Of a DNA stretch of 26,184 bases, positions 1-7,350 are shown one piece after another (the stretch's first letter is position 1; each line of letters starts with the position of its first letter). The notes beneath the pieces were generated by a model. The model saw only the letters and a list, made by a program, of their open reading frames with translations. It did no database searches and was not told the origin of the DNA. This stretch comes from a bacterium (GTDB taxonomy: Bacteria > Sysuimicrobiota > Sysuimicrobiia > Sysuimicrobiales > Kaftiobacteriaceae). The position numbers were made by a program, and so were the translations under genes. The DNA lies in NCBI GenBank assembly GCA_044868695.1, contig JBIOWP010000083.1, positions 1-26,184 on the forward strand, read 5' to 3'.

Positions 1-2
1 TC

Positions 3-1559
3 GCGGAGCTCACGGACGATATCGGTCTGCTGTCCGGCCTGTACGCGGGCTACGGCCTTGGGCAGTGCGTGGGCGACGTCGGACGCGAGCAGGCCCGCCT
101 GTCCCCGCTCTCCCGCGGCCAGGTCGCCGGCGGCGCCGTGCAGATACGCGGCGGCGGCTGCGGCGTCAAACGCCGGCAGGCCCTGGGCGATCATCGCGGC
201 CACCACGCCGGTAAGCACGTCACCCATGCCCCCGCTGGCCATCCCCGGATTTCCGGTACGGATGATGGCCGTCTCGCCGTCCGGCTTGGCGACGATTGTG
301 TGCGCGCTCTTCAGAGCGACAACACAGCGGAACCGCGCCGCGGCCTCGCGCGCGGCGCCCAGCCGGTCTTCAACAATCTTCGGCGCCGGCCGTTTGAGAA
401 GGCGCCCCAGCTCGCCTGGATGCGGGGTGATGATCACCGGGCCCCGCGCCTTGGCCAGACGGTCCGCCCGGCCAGCCAGCACGTTGAGCCCGTCGGCGTC
501 GAGGACGAGCGGTTTGTCGCGCCCGAGCAACTCTTCGACGATGCGAGCCACGCCTGGGAGTGTGGACAGCCCGGGACCGGCGGCGACGACGTCCGCCGTG
601 GCCAGGAGCTCATCGATCCGGCCCATCGCCGAGGGACCGACCGCTCCCCCGTCGTCGGCCAGCGGAGTGGTCATGCCTTCGGTGATCTGCGATGCGACGA
701 TGGGGTAGACGCTCTGCGGAACCGCCGCGGTGACCAACCCCGCCCCGCCACGCAGCGCCCCAAGCGTGGACAGGACGGCGGCCCCGGCGAACCCGACGGA
801 GCCTGCCACGATCAGCACGTGCCCATACGTCCCCTTGTGGGTGTCGGGCCGTCGCGGCGGGAGGAGCGCGCGAACCTTTGCCGCCATCACCAGCCGGGTC
901 GTGATCGACGGGTCGTCGATCAGATCCTGCGGGTAGCCAATCTCCCCCACGATCACCGTCCCGGCCATCTCGGCGCCGGGGAAGAGCATCAGGCCGAGTT
1001 TCGGCAGCCCCATCGTAACGGTGGCCGCGGCGCGGATGCACGGCCCGTCCCAGGTGCCGGTGTCGGCCTGCAGGCCCGACGGGATGTCGACCGCCAGGAT
1101 GGGGCGGCCCGACCGGTTGGCCGCCTCAATCAGGGCTGCGGCGTCACCTGTGACCAGTCCGCGGATCCCGGTCCCGACCAGCGCGTCGATGACGAGATCG
1201 GCCCCGGCCATCACCTCCTCAGCCTTCTCGGACCCCGTCAGTGAGACGCCCGCTTCCCCCGCCGCGACCAGGGCCCGGGCGGCTTCGCCCGAGAACTCCT
1301 GCTTCGGCGCCGAAAGCAGCACGGTGATGTCAACCCCCGCGGCCCGCAGGTACCGGGCGGCCACGAGGCCGTCCCCGCCGTTGTTGCCCTTTCCGACCAG
1401 CACGACGCCGCGGCGGCCCCCGTGTTCATGCAGGAGCGCCTCGGCTGCCTGTGCGACCCGCCGGCCGGCCGCCTCCATGAGCGCGGCGATGGGAATGCCG
1501 TGAGTCTCGGTCGCCCGGCGGTCCAGTTCCTTCATCTGTGCTGCCGTCACCACCCGCAT
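3..1559 (-). CDS. nnr: Bifunctional NAD(P)H-hydrate epimerase/dehydratase (YjeF_N plus carbohydrate kinase domain); 3' end runs off the window
   Basis: Manual translation from the ATG at 1559: MRVVTAAQMKELDRRATETHGIPIAALMEAAG...VLVGKGNNGGDGLVAARYL...DALVGTG...HKGTYGHVLIVAGS...VITPHPGE...GLLASDV. The first and last codons are in the same frame, and no stop is reached by position 3, so the ORF track omits it. AGAAGGA lies upstream. Confidence 0.95.
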   Translation of the reverse strand, partial: MRVVTAAQMKELDRRATETHGIPIAALMEAAGRRVAQAAEALLHEHGGRRGVVLVGKGNNGGDGLVAARYLRAAGVDITVLLSAPKQEFSGEAARALVAAGEAGVSLTGSEKAEEVMAGADLVIDALVGTGIRGLVTGDAAALIEAANRSGRPILAVDIPSGLQADTGTWDGPCIRAAATVTMGLPKLGLMLFPGAEMAGTVIVGEIGYPQDLIDDPSITTRLVMAAKVRALLPPRRPDTHKGTYGHVLIVAGSVGFAGAAVLSTLGALRGGAGLVTAAVPQSVYPIVASQITEGMTTPLADDGGAVGPSAMGRIDELLATADVVAAGPGLSTLPGVARIVEELLGRDKPLVLDADGLNVLAGRADRLAKARGPVIITPHPGELGRLLKRPAPKIVEDRLGAAREAAARFRCVVALKSAHTIVAKPDGETAIIRTGNPGMASGGMGDVLTGVVAAMIAQGLPAFDAAAAAAYLHGAAGDLAAGERGQAGLLASDVAHALPKAVARVQAGQQTDIVRELR

Positions 1560-1637
1560 CTCGGAGGGTCCTTCTCTTGGACAAAGAGGGCTCCTGCCGG
1601 GCAGTTATCCCCAGAGCACACACAGTCCACACCGTGT

Positions 1638-1649
1638 GAACGAAAGTTC
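1638..1649. promoter_or_regulatory. GAAC-N4-GTTC palindrome, candidate Gram-positive-type LexA (SOS) box
   Basis: tGAACgaaaGTTCc lies in the divergent intergenic region, ending 4 bp before the -35 element at 1654. Confidence 0.35.
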
Positions 1650-1653
1650 CCAA

Positions 1654-1682
1654 TTGACCCGCCATACGCGCGGTGATACCTT
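1654..1682 (+). promoter_or_regulatory. Sigma70/SigA-type promoter for the ncRNA
   Basis: TTGACC (1654-1659), a 17-bp spacer, then TACCTT (1677-1682) preceded by an extended -10 TG (1674-1675). The predicted start near 1689-1691 coincides with the 5' end of the RNA's terminal stem. Confidence 0.7.
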
Positions 1683-1689
1683 CACTGCT

Positions 1690-1869
1690 GAGAGAGGCGC
1701 GAGTCTAACGGCAAAGTAGCCGACTCAAACGCCGCTGTACGTGGACTCCGAGAGCCGTGGGAACTTCACTTCGGGAGTAATCCCGGAGAGGGGGCCTGCA
1801 GGCGGTAGGAACCGGCGACGCGGCAGAAGACGGTGAAACGCCGAGAGTCCTGGCGCCTCTCTCGCTTTT
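1690..1869 (+). ncRNA. Putative structured non-coding RNA, family unassigned
   Basis: Perfect 11-bp terminal stem (1690-1700 GAGAGAGGCGC with 1853-1863 GCGCCTCTCTC) followed by TTTT, several nested helices including a GUAA-tetraloop hairpin (1769-1788), an upstream promoter and no listed ORF. Confidence 0.7.
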
Positions 1870-1886
1870 CCTAATGCATCCAGGAT

Positions 1887-2786
1887 CTAGGATCCGGGCC
1901 GCACCTCAACCTTCGCCAGTTCCTCAATGAGGGTGACCAGTGCCGAGTGGTCCCAGTCGCCGCGCTCGAGGCCCCGCAGCGCCGTGAAGGCTTCCTGCAC
2001 GACCGCGGTCGCCGGCAGGGGCACGCCGAGGGTGTTGGCCGTGGACAGGGCGATGTTGAGATCCTTCTGGTGCAGCCGCACGCGGAAGCCCGGCTGGAAG
2101 TTGCGGTCCAGCATGCGCTGGCCGTGCGCCTCCAGGATCCGGCTCTGCGCGAACCCACCCAGCAGCGCCTGACGCACTTTCGCCGGGTCCACCCCGGCTT
2201 TCGCCGCCAGGGCCAGCGCCTCACCGACGGCCTGGATCGTCAGCGCCACCACGATCTGGTTGCACGCCTTGGTCACCTGACCGGCGCCCGTGCCGCCGAT
2301 GTGCACCACGTTCTTTCCCAGCGCCCCGAAGATCGGGCGGACCCGGGTGAACACCGGCTCCGGACCGCCCACCATGATGGACAATGTGGCCTCGATCGCG
2401 CCCTTCTCGCCGCCGCTGACCGGCGCATCGAGGATCTCGGCACCTTTGGCCCTCACGGCCTGCGCGATCTCCTGCGTGGCGATCGGCGAGATCGTGCTCA
2501 TATCCACCAGCACCGAGCCGGGCCGGAGACCCTCCAGCACACCGTCGCGCCCCAAGACCACCTGCTGCACGTCCGGCGTGTCAGGCAGCATCGTGATGAC
2601 CACGTCACTCTGCTGCGCGACGCCCCGCGGCGTCTTCCCATCGAGCGCTCCCGCCGCGACGAGCTCCTCGACCGGCGGCCGGCTGCGGCTGTGGACCGCG
2701 AGCGCATAGCCCGCCCGCATCAGGTTGCGGGCCATGGGCCTCCCCATGATCCCGAGGCCGATCACGCCGATGCGTTCATTGGTCAC
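1887..2786 (-). CDS. glxR: 2-hydroxy-3-oxopropionate (tartronate semialdehyde) reductase, beta-hydroxyacid dehydrogenase family
   Basis: IGLGIMG Rossmann motif, DAPVSGG, GAGQVTKACNQ with the catalytic Lys, and GGFAQSRILEAHGQRM..FQPGFRVRLHQKDL, closely resembling E. coli GlxR. Confidence 0.85.
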   Translation of the reverse strand: MTNERIGVIGLGIMGRPMARNLMRAGYALAVHSRSRPPVEELVAAGALDGKTPRGVAQQSDVVITMLPDTPDVQQVVLGRDGVLEGLRPGSVLVDMSTISPIATQEIAQAVRAKGAEILDAPVSGGEKGAIEATLSIMVGGPEPVFTRVRPIFGALGKNVVHIGGTGAGQVTKACNQIVVALTIQAVGEALALAAKAGVDPAKVRQALLGGFAQSRILEAHGQRMLDRNFQPGFRVRLHQKDLNIALSTANTLGVPLPATAVVQEAFTALRGLERGDWDHSALVTLIEELAKVEVRPGS

Positions 2787-2818
2787 GGTGTCTTCTCACC
2801 TCATCCGACATTCAGGCA

Positions 2819-3544
2819 TCAGGCTCGGGCCGTCAGCATCGAGCGGGCGAAGACAGGGTCGTCGGCGATCATCCCATCGACTCCCAGGCGCAGCGCATGG
2901 CGCGCCTGGTCTTCCGTGCGCACGGTCCAGGGAATGACCCGCAGCCGGGACGCGCGGCACAGCGTCATGACGTCGGCCGAGAGCGCGCCGATCTCCGGCA
3001 AATAGGCGGCCACACCCAGCCGCACCGCCACCTGCGGGTGCGCCGCAGGCTGCAGCAGCCCCGCCGCAATCTCCGGAGCCAGCGCGCGGGCGTCCGAGAT
3101 GATCTGCAGGTCGAACGAGGTGATGAGCACCGACTCCGCCATCTTCATCTCTCTGACCAGGTCAATCAGGGACCGCACGATTCCCGGGGCCTTGACCTCG
3201 ACGTCCACCAGCAGGCGGCCCCGCGCCGCGTCGAAGACCTCGGACAGCAGCGGCACGCGCTCCCCCACGAATGCCGGGCCGAACTTCCGTCCCGCATCGA
3301 AGCGGTGCACCTGGGCGAGCGTCAGCGCGGCGATCGCCCCTGTCCCGTCGGTGGTCCGGTCCACCAGGTCGTCGTGGATGACGACGAGCTGCCCGTCGGC
3401 GGTGGCGCGCACATCCAGCTCGACGCCGTCGGCGCCGAGGTCTGCCGCCAATCGAAACGCCGCCAGGGTATTCTCCGGCGCGACCGCGGACGCCCCGCGG
3501 TGGGCGATGATCCAGCAGCGGCCGGCGTCAAGCCACCGGTTCAT
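2819..3544 (-). CDS. Glycerophosphodiester phosphodiesterase (UgpQ/GlpQ-like, cytoplasmic)
   Basis: IIAHRGAS..APENTLAAF, GVELDV, VVIHD..VDRTT, VEVK, PWTV. Start reassigned to the ATG at 3544 because the ORF-track extension to 3997 overlaps the upstream gene. Confidence 0.92.
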   Translation of the reverse strand: MNRWLDAGRCWIIAHRGASAVAPENTLAAFRLAADLGADGVELDVRATADGQLVVIHDDLVDRTTDGTGAIAALTLAQVHRFDAGRKFGPAFVGERVPLLSEVFDAARGRLLVDVEVKAPGIVRSLIDLVREMKMAESVLITSFDLQIISDARALAPEIAAGLLQPAAHPQVAVRLGVAAYLPEIGALSADVMTLCRASRLRVIPWTVRTEDQARHALRLGVDGMIADDPVFARSMLTARA

Positions 3545-4445
3545 GAAGGGCGGCCAGCTGCACCGCGGTGTCGGTGGTAATCTGACCGGCACCCGCGGCC
3601 AGCACGGCCGCCAACCTCTCGCGCGTCTGCGGCAGCCCGGAGTTGAGCGTCCAGGCGTCGACCGGCACGCCGAGCCGGCGCCGGACGATCTCGACGGGGT
3701 TGACCCCGTCGGCGATCGCACGGAGGATGAATTCCGCACGCAGGTACACTTCAACGGCACCCGGCAGCAGGTGACACAGACTCTCCACCCGGTCCTCCAG
3801 GTAGTCGCGCACCGGCATGGCCCGCAGGTACCCGAGCGGGTGATCGTCGAGATATCCGTAGACGTTGACCCGCAGCGGCAGCCGGGGGAATTCGCTGTCC
3901 GGCGCGTCGAGGTACAGCGCAAAGTCCAGGCCGACGGCCAGCGTAGTATCGAGCCGCCGCAGGATGCGCAGGTTCCAATCGCCCAGGCAGCCGACAACTA
4001 CGGTGAGGCGGGGATTCGCGCGCATGGGCTCGATCGCGCGCAGGAGGCGGCCGGCCTCCTCCGCACCGAGCGGGTCCTGATCTTTCAAATCCACCTGAAC
4101 CTTCACCGGAGCGCGGTGGGAACCCAGGACCTGCGCGACCTCCGAGAGCAGCGCGGCGGGCTCGGCCGATCCCCGCAGGCGCAGCGCCTTCACCGACGCC
4201 CGGGTCGCGCTCCGCACCGGACCGATCCCGGTCGTCTCACGGTTAAACGTGTCATCGTGGTTCAGGACGTAGTCACCGTCTGAAATCGCATGAACGTCGA
4301 ACTCGATGACCTCCGCCCCGCCGGCCAGCACCTCGTGCAGCGCGGAGAGGCTGTTGGGAGGATGGGCACCCGTTCCGGAGAGCAGCCGGTGGTATTTCAG
4401 CAGCACGCGCCGCCCGCCGGCGGCCAGACTGGCGGGGAGCGTCAC
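3528..4445 (-). CDS. Divergent glycerophosphodiester phosphodiesterase family protein
   Basis: LKYHR...PPNSLSAL, IEFDV, LNHD..FNRETTG, QVDLK, DAWT, ITTD: GDPD motifs with substitutions. Confidence 0.85.
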   Translation of the reverse strand: MTLPASLAAGGRRVLLKYHRLLSGTGAHPPNSLSALHEVLAGGAEVIEFDVHAISDGDYVLNHDDTFNRETTGIGPVRSATRASVKALRLRGSAEPAALLSEVAQVLGSHRAPVKVQVDLKDQDPLGAEEAGRLLRAIEPMRANPRLTVVVGCLGDWNLRILRRLDTTLAVGLDFALYLDAPDSEFPRLPLRVNVYGYLDDHPLGYLRAMPVRDYLEDRVESLCHLLPGAVEVYLRAEFILRAIADGVNPVEIVRRRLGVPVDAWTLNSGLPQTRERLAAVLAAGAGQITTDTAVQLAALHEPVA

Positions 4446-5491
4446 GATGCGCGTCCTTCGAGCCTGCGTCCGTCCGCGCCGAAGCAGTGCAGCCTGCCGG
4501 GATCGTAGCCGATGCCGATCTGGGTTCCCACCGCGGGACGGATGTCTGCGACCATCTTCACTGTGGTTCCGTCCAGGTCCATGGTCACCAGCACCTGGCG
4601 GCCGAGCGTTTCCACAAGGATCACGCGACCGCGGATCGCCGTCCCGGGGGCCAAGTCCTCCGGCCGCAGTCCGATGGTGCCGGGACCGGGGGAGACCGAT
4701 GCTGGAAGAGAGAGCCGCAGTCCGCCTCCCGCAAAGGTGCCGTCCTGGAACGTGCCGGGGATCAGGTTCATCGGCGGGTGTCCGACGAATCCGGCGACGA
4801 AGGTGTTCGCGGGCCTGGCGTAGAGGTCGTCGGGCGTGGCGAACTGCTGCAACGCGCCCGTCGAAAACACCGCCACCCGGTCCGCCATCGCCAGCGCCTC
4901 CGCCTGATCGTGCGTGACCAGAATGCTCGTCACGCCGAGGTCCTGCTGCAGCCGGCGGATCTCCCCCCGCGCCTGCAGCCGGATCTGGGCATCGAGATTG
5001 GACAGCGGCTCGTCGAGCAGCAGCACCTGGGGTTCCTTCACCAGGGCGCGGGCCAGCGCCGCGCGCTGCTGCTGCCCGCCGCTCACTTCGGCCGGACGGC
5101 GCTCAAGGATACGGCCGATGCCCAGCAGCTCGGCGGTCTGCGCCACTTTGCCCGCAATCTCCGCCCCGCCCTGCCGCTTGAGCCGGAGCGGAAAGGCGAT
5201 GTTCTCGAACAGCGTGAGGTGCGGGTACAGGGCGTAGGACTGGAACACCATGCCCACGTCGCGGTCGCGCGGGTGCAGCTGATCCACCCGCCGATCGGCG
5301 AAGTGGATCGTGCCGGCGGTCGGCTGGTAGATGCCGGCGATCATCAGCAGCGTGGTCGTCTTGCCGCAGCCCGACGGACCGAGAAACGCCACCATCTCCC
5401 CTGCCCGGATGTCCAGATCGAGCGCCCGCAGCGCGACCACCTTGCCGAAGGACTTGCTCAATCCCTCCAGGCGGATGGCGATGCCTTTCAT
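4442..5491 (-). CDS. CUT1 sugar ABC transporter ATP-binding protein (InoK/MalK-like)
   Basis: GPSGCGKTT Walker A, VSGGQQQR signature, LLLDEPLSNLD Walker B. The start ATG at 5491 overlaps the permease stop (ATGA). Confidence 0.95.
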   Translation of the reverse strand: MKGIAIRLEGLSKSFGKVVALRALDLDIRAGEMVAFLGPSGCGKTTTLLMIAGIYQPTAGTIHFADRRVDQLHPRDRDVGMVFQSYALYPHLTLFENIAFPLRLKRQGGAEIAGKVAQTAELLGIGRILERRPAEVSGGQQQRAALARALVKEPQVLLLDEPLSNLDAQIRLQARGEIRRLQQDLGVTSILVTHDQAEALAMADRVAVFSTGALQQFATPDDLYARPANTFVAGFVGHPPMNLIPGTFQDGTFAGGGLRLSLPASVSPGPGTIGLRPEDLAPGTAIRGRVILVETLGRQVLVTMDLDGTTVKMVADIRPAVGTQIGIGYDPGRLHCFGADGRRLEGRAS

Positions 5492-6312
5492 CCCTTCACC
5501 CCGCCTCCGTAAATGTTCAGCAGGTAGCGCTGCCCGAACAGGAAGATCATCAGCACAGGCAGGGCGTAGACCACGCCAACGGCGGCGACCATCCCGAAGT
5601 CGGCGTATCCTTCCGTGAGAAACGTCTGCAGATAGTTCGACATCAGCGTCTTTTGGTTGCTGACAATCAGGGTGAACGGCAGGATGAACTCGCCCCACGC
5701 GGACAGCAGCGCGAAGGTGCTCAGGGCCAGCAGTCCGGGACGCACCAGCGGCATGGCGACCTTCCAGAACAGCTTCCACCGCGACATGCCGTCGACCAGC
5801 GCCGCCATCTCCATATCCCAGGACAGGGTGTCAAAGAATCCCTTCATCAACCAGATCCCGAGCGGCAGCTCGAGCGAGGCCTTGACGAGAATGACCCCGG
5901 TCAGGGTATCGAACAGTCCGAGCAGCCGCAGGATATAGAAGATGGCAATGATCAGGCTCACCGCCGGGAACGCGTGCAGCACGAGGACGAGGCCGAGATA
6001 GAAGCGCCGCCCCGGGAAGGACATCCGCGAGATGGCATACGCGGCCATGGAGGCGACCACGACCTCGATGGCCGTCACCACGCCTGCAAAGATCAGGGAG
6101 TTGACCAGGGGGACGTGCACGAGCGGCCTGCCCCCCACGCCCTCCCAGAGGAAGCGCCAGTTGTCGATGGAGGGCGCGCGCACCGGGACCAGTCCGTGCA
6201 CGCGGTCAAAGACGCCGGTTAGAAAGAGCCACAGGACCCCCGCGGCGATCGGCACCGTGACGACCAGCAGCACGGCGAGGATGAGGCGCCAGCGCGGAGG
6301 GAGCAGCGGCAT
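5488..6312 (-). CDS. Carbohydrate ABC permease (InoG/MalG-like)
   Basis: Multiple hydrophobic helices and the EAA-like loop EMAALVDG. Confidence 0.93.
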   Translation of the reverse strand: MPLLPPRWRLILAVLLVVTVPIAAGVLWLFLTGVFDRVHGLVPVRAPSIDNWRFLWEGVGGRPLVHVPLVNSLIFAGVVTAIEVVVASMAAYAISRMSFPGRRFYLGLVLVLHAFPAVSLIIAIFYILRLLGLFDTLTGVILVKASLELPLGIWLMKGFFDTLSWDMEMAALVDGMSRWKLFWKVAMPLVRPGLLALSTFALLSAWGEFILPFTLIVSNQKTLMSNYLQTFLTEGYADFGMVAAVGVVYALPVLMIFLFGQRYLLNIYGGGVKG

Positions 6313-7259
6313 CAGTTGACCTCGACCTTGGGCTCCGCCACGAGCGCCCGGAAGTTGAAGATCCGGAGATACAGGAGCGAGACGGCGATGCCGATTACGA
6401 CCAGCACGGCCGCCATCGCCGCCCCCAAGCCGAACTGCACGTTACCGAAGTAGTTGGACAGCGCCAGCTTGTACGCGTGCAGCGCCCAGACCGTGGTGGT
6501 GTAGAATCCGGGCCCGCCGTCGGTGAGGAGCAGGATGTACTCGAACGACGTCAGCAGCGACAGCGTCTGGTACGCGGTGACGAACAGGAGCGGCCAGCGA
6601 AGCATAGGCAGCACCACCCGCCGGACCGTCTGCAGCGCGGTCGCGCCGTCCACCGCGGCCGCGTAGAACAGGTCGCGGGGAATCGCGCGGATCGCCGAGG
6701 TAAAGATCAGCATCCCGAACGACGCGCCGACGAGGCCGTTGGCCAGGACGATGACCGGCCACGGCGACGCGGTGATCCAGTTCCTCGAGACCCCGAGGAC
6801 GTTGCTGACCAGCCCGAAGGGCGTCTCCCGCGAGAGTCCCTGCCAGATGAAGACATAGACCACCGCGGGCAGGATGCGCGGCAGCAGCCACAAGGCGCGG
6901 ATCTGGCCCCCGGCGCGCTCGCGCACCGATGTGCTGAGCAATGCGACCAGCAGGCCCATCCCCACGTTGAACAGCAGCGTGAAGACGACGTAGCGCGCGG
7001 TGTTCACCAGGATCTTGCCGATGAACGGGTCGCCCAGCAGTTCCCGATAATTCCCCAGCCCCACCCACTTCGGCTGGCGGAAGGTCAGAGTGGAGATGTC
7101 GGTAAGCGACAGTCCCAGCGTCGTGACGACGGGTACAAGGAAGAAGAGCACGATGAGCACCGTCGCTGGCGCCAGGAAGACCGCCGGCATCAGGTAGCGC
7201 AGCGCCGGACGCGCCGCCCGGACCCTCGAGACTCCCGCGACCCCAGCCTCCTGCGCCAT
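6312..7259 (-). CDS. Carbohydrate ABC permease (InoF/MalF-like)
   Basis: WVGLGNY, the YAAAVDGA loop and multiple transmembrane segments. Confidence 0.93.
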   Translation of the reverse strand: MAQEAGVAGVSRVRAARPALRYLMPAVFLAPATVLIVLFFLVPVVTTLGLSLTDISTLTFRQPKWVGLGNYRELLGDPFIGKILVNTARYVVFTLLFNVGMGLLVALLSTSVRERAGGQIRALWLLPRILPAVVYVFIWQGLSRETPFGLVSNVLGVSRNWITASPWPVIVLANGLVGASFGMLIFTSAIRAIPRDLFYAAAVDGATALQTVRRVVLPMLRWPLLFVTAYQTLSLLTSFEYILLLTDGGPGFYTTTVWALHAYKLALSNYFGNVQFGLGAAMAAVLVVIGIAVSLLYLRIFNFRALVAEPKVEVN

Positions 7260-7279
7260 GCCTGCGCTTCCCCCCCGCG

Positions 7280-7348
7280 TAGGGGATAGGGGGATGGGAC
7301 TGGGGGAGGAACCAGTCCCCAGTCCCTAGTCCCCAGTCCCTAGTTCCT
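7280..7348. repeat. Heptamer tandem repeats (AGTCCCY)x5 with a degenerate inverted G-rich arm, forming an intergenic hairpin
   Basis: AGTCCCC AGTCCCT AGTCCCC AGTCCCT AGTTCCT at 7314-7348. GGGACTGGGG at 7296-7305 is the reverse complement of CCCCAGTCCC. Confidence 0.85.
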
Positions 7349-7350
7349 CG

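Noticed and set aside
58..1503. Long + strand ORFs (58..708, 69..1244, 1021..1503)
   Set aside because: Antisense shadows of nnr in high-GC DNA, with no recognisable domains.
1422..1676. Small ORFs spanning the nnr upstream region (1422..1676+, 1426..1665-)
   Set aside because: They overlap nnr and the promoter elements and show no recognisable motif.
1693..1701. AGAGGCGCG resembles the start of the lysine riboswitch
   Set aside because: Here it is paired in the terminal stem, the long kissing P2/P3 arms are missing, and there is no downstream + strand gene.
1846..1857. Minus-strand GGCGCCAGGACT resembles the 5' core of the glmS ribozyme
   Set aside because: The required GACGAGG segment is absent, no glmS follows, and the promoter and GNRA loop favour the + strand.
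1690..1869. 6S RNA, suggested by the size and closed ends
   Set aside because: The fold I can trace is multibranched rather than a long rod with a central bubble. This cannot be fully excluded without a covariance-model search.
2819..3997. Apparent long N-terminal extensions in the ORF track (2819..3997, 4442..5779, 10122..11699, 13473..14840, 19527..20657, 20312..21799)
   Set aside because: They overlap real upstream genes in other frames. The conserved domains begin at internal starts, most with ribosome-binding sites or stop/start coupling, so they are not fusions or frameshifts.
7280..7348. CRISPR array or mobile-element end
   Set aside because: The units are 7 bp with no spacers, and there are no cas or transposase genes in the window.
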